Of a stretch of DNA of 64,000 nt, positions 1 to 12,500 are shown piece after piece. The DNA lies in NCBI GenBank assembly GCA_002633005.1, contig NMRA01000370.1, positions 1-64,000 on the forward strand, read 5' to 3'. The notes under the pieces were generated by a model. That model saw only the letters and a list, made by a program, of their open reading frames with translations. It did no database searches and was not told the DNA's origin. Each line of letters opens with the position of its first letter. Position 1 is the stretch's first letter. The translations under genes were made by a program, and so were the position numbers. The stretch is from Phoronis australis (Eukaryota; Animalia; Phoronida).

Positions 1-388
1 GAGCACCCCCCATTGAGGACAATGCCACTGAGCACCGCCCCAATACACAATCCTAGCAATTGGTTGTTCCATTTTGGACAATGTTTTGTCACATGATGTG
101 ATAGGTTGTTTGATTAATAATGTATAATCTCATCTTGGATGCAAGTTTAATATCAGACAGCCACTGTTTACATGGATTTCAAGTCGTTTATCATGGTGTT
201 GGATTCTTTGTGATAAGACCCATTAAAACGACAGAGCATCCCACTAAAGCATTGTACTGCATTGCAAACATAGGCTGCAATATTCCCAACATATGAATAA
301 TGTCTTGATAAATTTCTCACCTTGACTGTGACGGGGACACTTAAAGCAACATTTTTTCTCTAATCTACAACTTTGCTGATGAATTATA

Positions 389-708
389 TCCCTGGCGATG
401 AGTCACTATTCACAAGGAAGGTGTATAGGGAAAGAAACACTCGTCTTATCAGGCCATAAAATCATTTATCGCACCTTATTTAATTCTGGAGAAACAATGA
501 AAGCTGTCTCAAGATAGAAATTAAGCAGAGTTAATTCTACTTGCCGAAGACATCCTTGGCGATGAGTCACTGTTCAGAAGGAAGCTGTGTAGGGGAAAGA
601 AACACTTGTCTTATCAGGCAATAATGTCATTTATCGCACCTTATTTAATTTCGGAGAAACATTGAAAGCTGTCTCAAGATAGAAATAAAGCAGTTAATTT
701 TATTTGCC
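389..708. repeat. Direct tandem duplication of ~160 bp (two diverged copies)
   Basis: TGGCGATGAGTCACT...GAAAGCTGTCTCAAGATAGAAAT...TTGCC occurs at ~389-545 and again at ~553-708. Confidence 0.8.
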
Positions 709-3231
709 ATGAAAAATTTTTTTTTTATTGTTCATGTCTCGCAAGGTCAATATTGGGTACTTTCAAAAATGAGCTTTTGACATGGCACTGGTATATTTGG
801 TAATTTCAATGGTCTCTCTGTCTTTCCCCCTCCCCCCACTGCCTCTCCCAAAATTGATCTTTTCAACTTTCAGTTGCTTCTTACGTGGCTGTAAATGCCC
901 AGAATTTTCAAAACATTGTTTGATTGAAGCTATGCTAGGGAACTTGTACATGAAATAGCACTAACTTTGAAAATTGGTGCTATTTTCATGGAAAAATGGG
1001 AAAATTGTATTTCTTTAATTGTCCCGGGAACTTTAAGTTTGTGGTGCATCATTGTCTTGACAATTACATAATTGTCCGTCATGAATCAAATTTCGTTTGT
1101 CCACCATGGTTTGTCCTAAATTGGTGAAATTTTACCACATCATGGTTGCGCAATCTTTCACTGCCATGAATGCCAAGTTTTTCAAAACATGGTTTGACTA
1201 CTAATCCATGGTACAGATCTCTTTCAGAAAGCGCTGATTCAGTGCTTCATATTTTTCTTGGAAAATATGGGAAAATGAAATTCCACTTATCGCCATATTG
1301 TCTTGTAAGATTATACTGTATTATTGAAAAAGTCACGCTAATCGGACTCGGTCCACGTGAGCCATTAGAAGCACCTCCCCCCCCCGACTCCTCTAGCCAT
1401 TAGAAGCACCTCCCCCCCGACTCCTCTCCCCCGACCCCACCGATCCTTTCTTATAGTTTCCTATTTCTTTGTTTTTATACTCGCAGAACCTCATACAAAA
1501 ACAGTTTGCTTGAGGCCATGAATTGTTATCCAACACGACTTCATGATGATTAATACTGCATGTCCTAATGTCATAACTGGGCTAGAATTCTCCTCAAGGT
1601 ATGGATATTGGATAATGAAGCTGTGTCATATTTCTCACCAAAGTATCATCAGCGATGAGCAATGTCTCGGGTGTCCTGCCGCTGGGATATTAGTGTCTGT
1701 ATATTGATTAATAATCAATGTTCATGACAGTTTTATGAAACCATATAGTTCAGTTTTTAGAAATGGTGTTGAAGTCATATAGCTTCTTAACACAGTGAGG
1801 TACATGCACACGGATGCATGCCCCACTTCGCCACATATTTAGGGTGACTATAAATCTTCTGTCTAAGATGTAATGGCCACCGAGTTTCTCAAAAGGTGTA
1901 ACTTTCGACATTCAAAATTGCCTTTTTGGTTATTTCTTTTTGTAAGTGCCGTTCCACAATTAAGACATGACGCTTTGTTTTCTGATATACACGTGTCTGT
2001 GGTATTTGTGCATTTGATAGTAGAAGGGTGGTGCCTAATGCATTGACCCATGCACTGGAGTTTTTGTTTGGCCACAATCAATAATTCATCAATCTCATTC
2101 AGTCTAGTTTGCACTAATTATGGTGCTATTGGAAATCAATCCATCATAGGTGATACGAGGTAGAGTCACTTTGTGTACCAAGTCAATTTACACACTGCAC
2201 TTGTTACAAGGTGAAAATTAATTTCATGTAAGAATATTATTATTTATGTTCAAAGATTTAGCGGAAAAAATAATGGGATTACATCCACGTATTTTCACAT
2301 GGGAACAACATTATCGTTTCTTTGACAAAGTTCCTCATATTGTCATTTCCTAATCCTGACTTCTGTTTAGACACATTGTTCCTATGCATAAATTCCAACT
2401 CTGTCAGCTACCTAGTTTCTTTTAAGGTTTCCCTTGATGGAGGGGCACGCGCTACGAATGCAAATAAGCCCAGCTCATAGGTCACGTTGAGTCAAATCCG
2501 GTGAGGATTTTGCCTCACAAGGCCAAGAAGCGAGTGTCTCATTTCTTGGATTAATTTCATGTCGCGGGCCAGGTGAGATAAGGCTTACGGCATATTCTGC
2601 CGCCAAAAAGAATTAATTATTGTATCACCTGACAACTTGGGAAATCTATTAGCTCAGTGCCACTTTGCAATCGTGTGTACTGCATTTGCACTGTTTTCTA
2701 CAAATGTAATTACTATGTCAGTGAGTATTTTTCTCGCTGTGTGTGAGGAACCAGCTTCATGCTATTAGGGGCTGATCTATAAAGTTCACTGGAGGACAAT
2801 CGCTTGGTTCGCACCCATTCAAGTCTGCCCTGGTCCTAAAACCTAGCTGCTATCAGGGTCTCTTCTTGTCATAGTTGGAACTGAATGAGACCATGACAAG
2901 TCAGTTATTCCTCCAAAGCTTGTTACACAAGCCTATTGATCAAAAGACCCTCTAGCATCACAGACAAATTGCACATTAAACCTAGAAGCAATCAAACCCA
3001 AACAACAGGCCTTTGTGCAGATCACAATAACAGTTCAAGTCATTCTCTGACTTATGTAATAGCCTACCAAGTCTTTTTACACCTGGCTCTATACTTGGAT
3101 AACCTAACCTTTCTGACCCATTGAGCATCTCAAACTATGATCAGCAAATATTTTTCTGGGGAGTATCAAGGGTACACATTGCTGTGTATTGCCTATTTTA
3201 GTATTGTTTTAGATGGCCACCAGATGTCTCC

Positions 3232-4227
3232 NNNNNNNNNNNNNNNNNNNNNNNNNNNNNNNNNNNNNNNNNNNNNNNNNNNNNNNNNNNNNNNNNNNNN
3301 NNNNNNNNNNNNNNNNNNNNNNNNNNNNNNNNNNNNNNNNNNNNNNNNNNNNNNNNNNNNNNNNNNNNNNNNNNNNNNNNNNNNNNNNNNNNNNNNNNNN
3401 NNNNNNNNNNNNNNNNNNNNNNNNNNNNNNNNNNNNNNNNNNNNNNNNNNNNNNNNNNNNNNNNNNNNNNNNNNNNNNNNNNNNNNNNNNNNNNNNNNNN
3501 NNNNNNNNNNNNNNNNNNNNNNNNNNNNNNNNNNNNNNNNNNNNNNNNNNNNNNNNNNNNNNNNNNNNNNNNNNNNNNNNNNNNNNNNNNNNNNNNNNNN
3601 NNNNNNNNNNNNNNNNNNNNNNNNNNNNNNNNNNNNNNNNNNNNNNNNNNNNNNNNNNNNNNNNNNNNNNNNNNNNNNNNNNNNNNNNNNNNNNNNNNNN
3701 NNNNNNNNNNNNNNNNNNNNNNNNNNNNNNNNNNNNNNNNNNNNNNNNNNNNNNNNNNNNNNNNNNNNNNNNNNNNNNNNNNNNNNNNNNNNNNNNNNNN
3801 NNNNNNNNNNNNNNNNNNNNNNNNNNNNNNNNNNNNNNNNNNNNNNNNNNNNNNNNNNNNNNNNNNNNNNNNNNNNNNNNNNNNNNNNNNNNNNNNNNNN
3901 NNNNNNNNNNNNNNNNNNNNNNNNNNNNNNNNNNNNNNNNNNNNNNNNNNNNNNNNNNNNNNNNNNNNNNNNNNNNNNNNNNNNNNNNNNNNNNNNNNNN
4001 NNNNNNNNNNNNNNNNNNNNNNNNNNNNNNNNNNNNNNNNNNNNNNNNNNNNNNNNNNNNNNNNNNNNNNNNNNNNNNNNNNNNNNNNNNNNNNNNNNNN
4101 NNNNNNNNNNNNNNNNNNNNNNNNNNNNNNNNNNNNNNNNNNNNNNNNNNNNNNNNNNNNNNNNNNNNNNNNNNNNNNNNNNNNNNNNNNNNNNNNNNNN
4201 NNNNNNNNNNNNNNNNNNNNNNNNNNN
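3232..4227. other. Assembly gap (run of N)
   Basis: Continuous N from 3232 to 4227; ORFs spanning it are artefacts. Confidence 0.99.
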
Positions 4228-6934
4228 NTTCACCCTTGTTCAGGGCTGGACCTGTCTGTGGTGAAAATTCAAGTGATATCCAAGTGATCGATACCTAGGT
4301 TTTATTGGGACACATTTAATTCTGCACGATACTCAAATCAAGTACATTTCTTGGTAGTTGGCACTGACTGCAACCAGTACATTCACAGTCCCCCAAATTT
4401 TGATTACCCTAACTCGACTGAATATCCAGTCACTGATTTATTAGCTGAATATTTATTTAGGAATTTCCGTGCCACCTGACCCCAATTCATATTTACCTGG
4501 ATTAGAGCCATGAAACTGCTACCTGGCTGACTGTTGACACAGCCCTTGATGTTGATTTATTGAGGGATGGGCTTCTAAATCTGATCTGAACAACCTTGTT
4601 TTGGATTCTAGTTCGCCTTGTCAAGTCGGTCTCTGACAAAGTAAAATCAGTGTCGCAGTTATTTTGTGAACCTCCACAATTCTTCGCTACTACGCTAAAT
4701 ATGGCAGAAAGGTGGAATCTTATTTTGCTAACGGAACAGCATGCATTGAGGAATGGCTATTGTACCCCCTGGCCCATGGGAAATTATTTTATAAGATTGT
4801 TGAACAGAGCACATACGTGGTTAAAAATTATGTTTGTGTTGTTTTTAGTTCACTCCTGATTACCACACAATTTTCATTGTCATTAAAAAAACGTTCTTCA
4901 TCCTTTCTCATGGCGTTGTCTGCACTCACGGGGAAGCTTGCAAAAACTTGCATGCAAATCAAAGTTGTTGGACACTAATGGTTGACCTTTGACCCAATCT
5001 AGTAGAGGAAGTGTATTCACAATGCAAAGGTCATGTGGATACAAAGCATTGATATTAGTCATTTGGAATGCATTAGGAAGTTTAATCTGATTCAGTCTTC
5101 CTTGTACATGTGTTTGTCATCTTCATTAAACTTGTGACTATAGGTGGATCCAAACTAGTACCCCAGTCTGTGTCCACCAGTGATTTGACGTACCGGTTGG
5201 TAAGGTGCATTCTATTAATTACATGGGTATCAACTGTAAAGGGGTGTTCATCCAAATTGAGAAGCGAACGTTTAATTTAGACCTGCACTTACCGCTATCA
5301 AATTGGTCAGTCACTGATCCCCACTTTTCCGTTAATCTCATGAGAAGTGATTTTTGGGTGTGCAAAGACCGGAGAGTTTTAAGAGACCTGCATGCTCGGT
5401 GCATATTACACGCCGTGATAATTAAGCCGATGTGGAGCTTGCTCTCAAACAATACCATAACGAAGTGTCAGTTCTTGTGAAGCCCTGCATGAGGCTAGCT
5501 AGCTCCTATGTGACTTATAATTTGACTGAGGTGCAGTTTTAGGCCAATTTCATAGCAGTTAAATGATCTAAATCAAAAATTGTTTTTGTGATGGAGGGAA
5601 GGTTTATAGCCATGTTCTATTTTTTTTACATGGAATCATTGAGGGGTATATTGATTGGTTAAGCTCAGCTGCAGTTTTAAGCCAAGGATCTAACGTCCTA
5701 ATCTTGTTTTGTCTTAATTTTGTATCTTGGGAATTTAGTTTAATATTTTAGAGAGATGAGGCCTGTCAGATCGTATCCTGTAGTGGTTGGCAGACTTTGC
5801 AACTGGGGGTTCTCCCATGGTGTGGGTGAGTGCACTAAGTGCCACAGAAATATACTGGCGGCCCAGCACTGAAAAAAGTGGGGGCTATAGTCCCCAAGCC
5901 CTCCTGTGGTGCACTGCCCATAGATCATGGATGGCGCAGCACTGAAAAAAGTGGGGCTATAGCCCCCCCTCCCAATTCCCCTATGGTGCACCGCTCATGA
6001 AATGCGCACGTTTTGGTATCGAAGTATGCCACTTTCGAGCTCTGAAATGAGCTGTAGAGTGTTGGTATTGATATGGGTGGCCTTTTTCACGATTCATTGT
6101 TATTGAAATAGGTTTACGTCTTGACCTCACGGAGGCACACCTGTACCCAATTCCTATGTGAAGAACCCCCCCCCCCTATGTATGTCCTGCATTCTTTGTG
6201 TTTGTACTGGAGTGAGTGTGTTGAGAGTGAATGTCATGTGTGAAAGTGAACCAATGTAGAGTTGTCCTAAATTTTAAGTGAGAAAGTAGTGCTTGACACT
6301 AATGAGACTGCCATAGCGTCCTCAAAGTTGAACACACTATGGCAGAACGATAAAATCTTGATTTGTCAAAAATTTCAAGAAGACAATTTCACTTGATTAT
6401 TTGAATATTTTGTAAAGTGTAGCTTAAGTCAACTGACACGTGACGAAATTTCGGACATTTTTGGAAATACGGTGAGCAGTTGAAAAATGAAAAAAATGAC
6501 AATTTTGGTCATTATTTTTGTTTGAATTTTAGGAAACATTACCATACCCACGCTAAATGTGTTTGATTAAAATTTCTTTTGAGTTTTGCTCTTCATTGGG
6601 GGCTGAAGACATGCAGTGCTAAACTGATATCTCATACCGACAGTGTGAAGGTATGGCAGTTTTCATAAAAAGTCGATGGAATTTTAATGTCGTGGAAAAT
6701 CAATGAAATTTTGTAGCAAATTGTTCTTTCTAATTTTTAAATGATTTAGTGTCACCTTTTGTCTGGCAGGGCAAAAGTGTTCAAACAACAACCTCTTTCT
6801 GCATGATGTGTATAAAGAATATCCTTTGAGGCGGCTGCAAACATTTGCAATTGAAATGACATGGTGTGGGTTCCTTAAGCTTTGTTTTTACTGTGTAGCT
6901 ATCTTACACCTATATTTAGGAAGTTTTCCATTAA

Positions 6935-7298
6935 AAGGATATTAAACCCTGTTTTGGTGATTTTAACCAATCTTCATTCTGTGCTAATGCACCATTGTCC
7001 TCTCACTTGAGTGATAAAAGCAGGATTCAACTAGAATCACATACTGCCTGTGTCAAAGATTGGACATTCAGTTCTTGATGGGTGGGCTTTCCCTAACAGT
7101 TGTGGTGCAACTCGCTTAAAGTGCCTAAAGCGTGGGTCATGCTTCTCTGTTTAACAGACTTTGAAAGGAGTTTTCAAACTTTGCTCCAAACTTTTGAGGG
7201 TTGCCGCGGGTTTCAGGGCATTATTTTGTTTCAGAGAACTAGATGGGAAAGTCATTTTTAATATCTGCTCATAGGTCAAAGCGGGGTTTGGTGTCCTT
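6935..7298. mobile_element. Non-autonomous DNA transposon (MITE) with TTAA-type flanks, Kolobok-like; copy 1
   Basis: Termini AAGGATATTAAACCCTGTTTT ... GCGGGGTTTGGTGTCCTT are imperfect inverted repeats; flanks TTAA/TTAC; homologous copy at 23825-24163. Confidence 0.6.
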
Positions 7299-7738
7299 TT
7301 ACATGTAGCAAGAAAATGGCCTTTGAAAAATAAGAAAATGACAATTTTGGAAATCAATCTAGATAAACATTCGTCATTTCATTTCAAACCTTTATTGAAA
7401 GAATGATGGAGACCTGGAAATACAATTAAAGGGCACGCTTGCTGAATAGCTTAAGGATAATAATAATGTACTTTAAACGAGATCTAAAGTGAGTAAATGT
7501 TTAGAAGGCAACAATTCCTACCTCTAAGTACCATCAATGTAAAGCCGCGGAGACAATATGGTGGAAAACGTAGCTTCAGAGACACTTTGCGGTTACAGTG
7601 CAAAATAAATTACCAGACAATTACAGAATGTCAGGTGTCCTTGATGCCTTGAGGATTGCGAGTGTTTTATGTATACAATAAGGTGGCAAACCCCTTCAGT
7701 TTGGCACTTTTAGAAATCCACTACTAGCATGTTTATTA

Positions 7739-8124
7739 CGGTAAAATTTCCCGAATTTAGAACAGTGCAAAAAGGATATTTTTTAACCTGTCCTAAATTT
7801 TAGAAATAGGCAATATTGGCCGTCCGAAATTCGAAGAATATGAGATCAAGCATGGCAAATAGTTTTGAATGCTGTGTAAATAATCACCGTTATGTGATGA
7901 CTTGCAGAGTTACATTCGACCTCCAATCATGTGAAAAAGCGCACAGTCCGAAGTGTGAGAATTGCCGCCAATGCCGCTAAATTCGATGTGTCCGAAATTT
8001 GAGAAACATGGTGAATGCCAAATTTGACCGTGTCCTAAATTTCAGAATCAAAACTATTCAGTTTCGGTTTGAATTTAGGTGTCCGAAATGTGGGAGACTG
8101 TCCTAAATTCGGGAATTTTTACCG
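7739..8124. mobile_element. MITE with TA target-site duplication (Tc1/mariner-type); best-preserved copy of a local family
   Basis: TIRs CGGTAAAATTTCCCGAATTTAGAACAGT ... ACTGTCCTAAATTCGGGAATTTTTACCG with TA on both sides. Internal AGAAATAGGCAA motif shared with degenerate copies at ~18247-18510, ~26826-28195, ~30866-31161 (reverse) and ~57040-57310. Confidence 0.8.
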
Positions 8125-9512
8125 TAATTGCCAACCTGTCCCCAAGATTTTTTGAAGTATGTGGGTAAATCTTTGCTGGCCTGCAAGATGTTGGCAGTTT
8201 AATTGCTTAAAGATTTGAGAGCTGTGATCTTTTTAACATTCAGATCACTGGTTTGAATGTCAATGTGTGATAATTTTAAACTATGAATCTGGGATCAGAT
8301 CTTTTGTGTTGATACGTCTTATCTGCATATCTGTTTTACGTGACATAGTTGTTCTATCTTTATGGCTTGTATAAACTCCTCTGTATGCTCAGAGGGCTCT
8401 CCCATCACATCAACATATACTGCTAATAGGGCTCATTTTCAACAACGAGGCTATTGACATGAGGAAATTTCTCATCAATTTTGGCACTGAAATGGGTATT
8501 TCACTTTCTAAACTGATTTGTGGCCTATTTTTAAAGAGACCTATCTTTATGCTTGAATGTGTATTTGAGCAGTTTTTGATGTGGTTAAGGTTTTGGAACT
8601 GAGGTATCTGTGGCTGAAATGGATATATACGATTAGCAACATGGCCGACCGGATTAGCATCATGGTCGACAGACAATATTCCATTTTTCCCCACATAAAT
8701 AAAGATAAACAAAAATTAAGTCACTAGATTGGTTTGTGTACTGTTTAAGTGTCACAAAACAACATTTGGTAAAGTTTCCATTTTTGTAGCAAAGCAATTA
8801 GACTTTGAAAAATTAAAAAATCATAATTTTGGCAATTATTTTTGTGCAAATGAACAACTACCCTAGTGGCAGTGGTAGTGTTAGTGGTAGTAGTGTTTAT
8901 TTATTGTACTTACAAATACATTGTTCTTCAGTTAATACTCATAGTTGCAGTAACAAAGTGAAATTTACCCATGCTATCTGATTGTGCTTATTTGTCACTT
9001 AAGTTCAGAGTGTAACATAACAATTAGCAAAGGAGGTGTTGTTATAGGTGCCTTAGGTTGATAATCATTGGGGTCCCACATTTTGAGAACCAGTTTCTCC
9101 ATTGAATAACTGAAGCATCAAACTGGTTCTCAACAACCTGGACTCCTGCTAGTGACTTAATCCATACCTGACATAATGGCAATGAGATCCTGCTGGTCTG
9201 TATGATCAGATGCTTGACCTACAAGCAGAGTAGTCTCCCATGGCTAATCTGTTGACTACTTAAAGCTATAGCCTGAGATAATCCCCTCACCTGAACCATT
9301 TACTCAGACATTCACCTTCAATCTGTGATGAATATGTTATGGTCAGGCCTGTTTATTACACAATACACATTCCCCTGACCTGACTCTAGCCTGGTTGTTT
9401 ACTTGCTTTGCTGGTCAGGTGAGAGGTTCTGAAGTGGAAGGCACACAGTCAAGATTGGGTGTTGTTTGGGTCACTGTTGACTATTTGGCAGTGACTGTAG
9501 CTAGAGGTGGAT

Positions 9513-12500
9513 ATGGATATCAGGAGTCTGAGGAGATTGGAAAGTATCTATGTAAGTTAGCTCTCTGTGTGTGTTTGGTGGGAGTTGGAGTGTGCGTGGG
9601 TGTGTGCGTGTGTGCGTGTTATGCATGTGCATGTTTCTGTGTGTGTGTCTGCATGTCTGTGCCGAGGAATTGGGTGAGAAAGATGGGAACAAGGGAATAT
9701 TGGGTGAGAAACCTGGGTATAGGTGAGTTTTGGAGGGACGCTAGGAAAATGAAAAGATATGGAGATTTAAAATTGCTTAGTTCCGTAATTAACTTGTTAA
9801 TAGTTGGAAAGAACTTAATAAACTTTCTTTTCAATTTTGATGTCCAAATTTTTTATTGTCTTAACAGGCAAGGGCTATTGGCATTGATTTTTGTAGAGGA
9901 ATTTCACAACATAAAATTGAGCGCTGTATCTCAGATTGTGTGCTAATTTGGATGTTTATCAGAATTACAAAATATTCTGAAAGTTCAAAAGCATTAATGG
10001 TTAAATGATACATGTGGTTTGCATTGCCTGAACCTGGATTCATAAAAGGGTTTGATGTGATAGCGCTGCTTGAAATTGTGGCTTTTCTGCAATAATTAGT
10101 GATTGATGATTCTTATAAATTTCTTGACACACCTGCGGACGCAGCTATTGGCCAATTTCTAGGTTTTTCTTAAATTTTAATACTGGACTACACGAACTCC
10201 AACACAGACTTTTCACGTTATTTTGTCTACAGAGAATATAATGTTTAGTTTCAGTTTTGAAGACAAAGTTATTAATCTGTCACCACAAATTGTAGCTGGG
10301 CTGTTTAAGGGGAGCGGGCAAATCTAAAAGCTTGGTAATTCCCATAAGAGTAAATAGCTGGCTAAAACTTCTGGCTCAAATTCTCCTGAATGGGCCTTGA
10401 TTTTTTCAGAAAACTTGAGAAATTATGTCTCCGGTCATTTTTCCTGCGGTGGTGTTCTATTTAAGACTTTAGTTGTAGTGATCAATTGGTACAGGCTTCA
10501 AAGGTTTTGGATTTTTGTGAAGTGCTATTTCAGGATTCAGAAAGTTTCAGTCTTGGATTTTAGAGTGTTATTTGGAAGTTTAAAAACACTACTGGTTGGC
10601 AAAATGTTAGTTGATGTCCCCTTTTCATCGTACCAAGTGCTTGCTTAATATATAAAAACGTGGCTCACGTCATGGGCAGACTTGGGTCACGTATGTATTT
10701 TCTGTCATTTCTTATTTGATTTTTTGTGGGGCCAAGCTGCATTTTAATATGTGTAGTGTCACATCGATTACCTCAGTCCAGTATGCAACAATTGGTGATT
10801 CTGTCTAAATAGCTAACTGCAATTCAATTTAACCAAGCACCTAAATCTATAGTTGGGATCTGTATTTTCACAATGTCCTAGACCCCATATTGCAAACACT
10901 GTTGTTTTGGTCGCAGATCTTAGTTTTGATCAGCTGCTCTGCATTGGCATTGTGCAATATATTCAGTAGGCGCGAATGCAACACAGTTTTTACACCCTCA
11001 GTGACCCGAGGCTATCACAATGCTTCAGTGAAAAGTTTCATGCGCCAATGATTGTAGGGTTGGCTCCTAACATTATTTCCCATTCGTCAATAGTCAGTTA
11101 CTGGGTCCCCACATTTTGAGAATCATTTCGATAGGCAAGAAAATTTTTACGCGTGCTCATTGACCCAAGGCTATCACAGTGCGTCAATGAAAACTTTTAT
11201 GCGCCAATGATGAAGGGTTTGCTCATAAAAGTATTCCCCATTCGTCAACAGTCAATTACAGGGTCCCGCATTTTGAGAATCAGATCGTTGCCGTTATTTG
11301 TGGAGAAAACTGGTTTTCAAAATGCGGGACCCCTGAAGGTCAACTATTACCCCCGGTTTTACCAGTAGTCTGGATCGATAGTACCGGTCACAAAAATAAG
11401 CCATATGACCTTTCAGTTATGTCTTATCATTGAGGTTGACTCTGTCATTGAGAGGGTAACAGTTCAGATCAAGTTTATTTTTGCATACCATTGAACTTTT
11501 CAAAATGTAAAAATGCACTCTTAAGCTTAAGACACGAAATGTCAGACACGGGAAGTTTTAGTTCGTCTTAAAATGAGATAATTAAATATATGCTTTATCG
11601 CTTCAAAGTTCTCTCCTACGGTATCGGTATCGGACAACATTAGATATTTATGATATTGTCTGAAGCATTTGGATAATGAATAAGTATCAATTTTGACAAT
11701 TATTCATGTCCAAAATTGGCGAGAGTTTATCGTATTATTGCAAATTAATGTAGGGCCCTAGAAAAGTGTCAAAATTTGGTTTACCTCAGAACATCATATC
11801 TCATGAATGGATGGCAAATGGATTCATATGAAACTTAGTTATAACTGTGCTTGTTACACTGTTCTCTAGACGTATTGTTTTTAAAATGTTCCACTCCTGC
11901 ATGAGGGTCTAACAAAAGTAAGACTTTTATTATGATTTTTGTGAAAAAGACACCAAAATGAATGATGATTTAAAAACTAACAATGTTTTTAAGATATCAT
12001 CTTGAACAAACATTTTTATTGCTGTCTTCCTATGAATGTTCATTTTTTATTATAAAACCACATGGTCATATATACCGTAATCAGTGGCAGATTGTTATGA
12101 AGTCAAAAATTTCACAGACTTCATCTTTCAGAATGTATACACTTTTACTGTGTTAAAATCTATAGTTTTGAAATTATTTAGCACCTACTTTTCTGCAGCC
12201 AGTTTGGACTAAAACCAACATCGTCAGGGGGCACAGTCGTAATTTTCTCTTTTATTCTAGGCTGAGCGGGAACGCAGTATAAAACGACTTCAAGCCATGA
12301 AGGAGAGTGCGGAGCAGAGCCATCCAGGTATAGTCACATATTCTGAACTGTTAGGGTAATATCTCAACAGTTTTGCCACGCACTGTGGCAGACTTGTGAA
12401 ATTTTGTCTTTTTCATTTTTCCACAGCCACAGAAAATTAATGCTTTTTTATCGTTTTAATTTCTGTTTATGCCATAGGTACTATAAAACATCAGTTTGAC

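Noticed and set aside
2515-2536. U2 snRNA 5'-like sequence CTCGCTTCTTGGCCTT on the - strand
   Set aside because: Similarity stops after ~17 nt; there is no branch-point recognition sequence or Sm site.
3137-4298. ORFs of 346-375 aa
   Set aside because: They consist almost entirely of N-gap codons.
5750-5825. Possible exon with AG...GTGAGT boundaries
   Set aside because: No recognisable peptide or phase-linked partner exon; it could be a UTR exon but is unsupported.
9395-9946. 183-aa ORF with VCVC repeats
   Set aside because: It is produced by a (TG)n-rich intronic tract; only 9513-9551 in another frame is a plausible exon.
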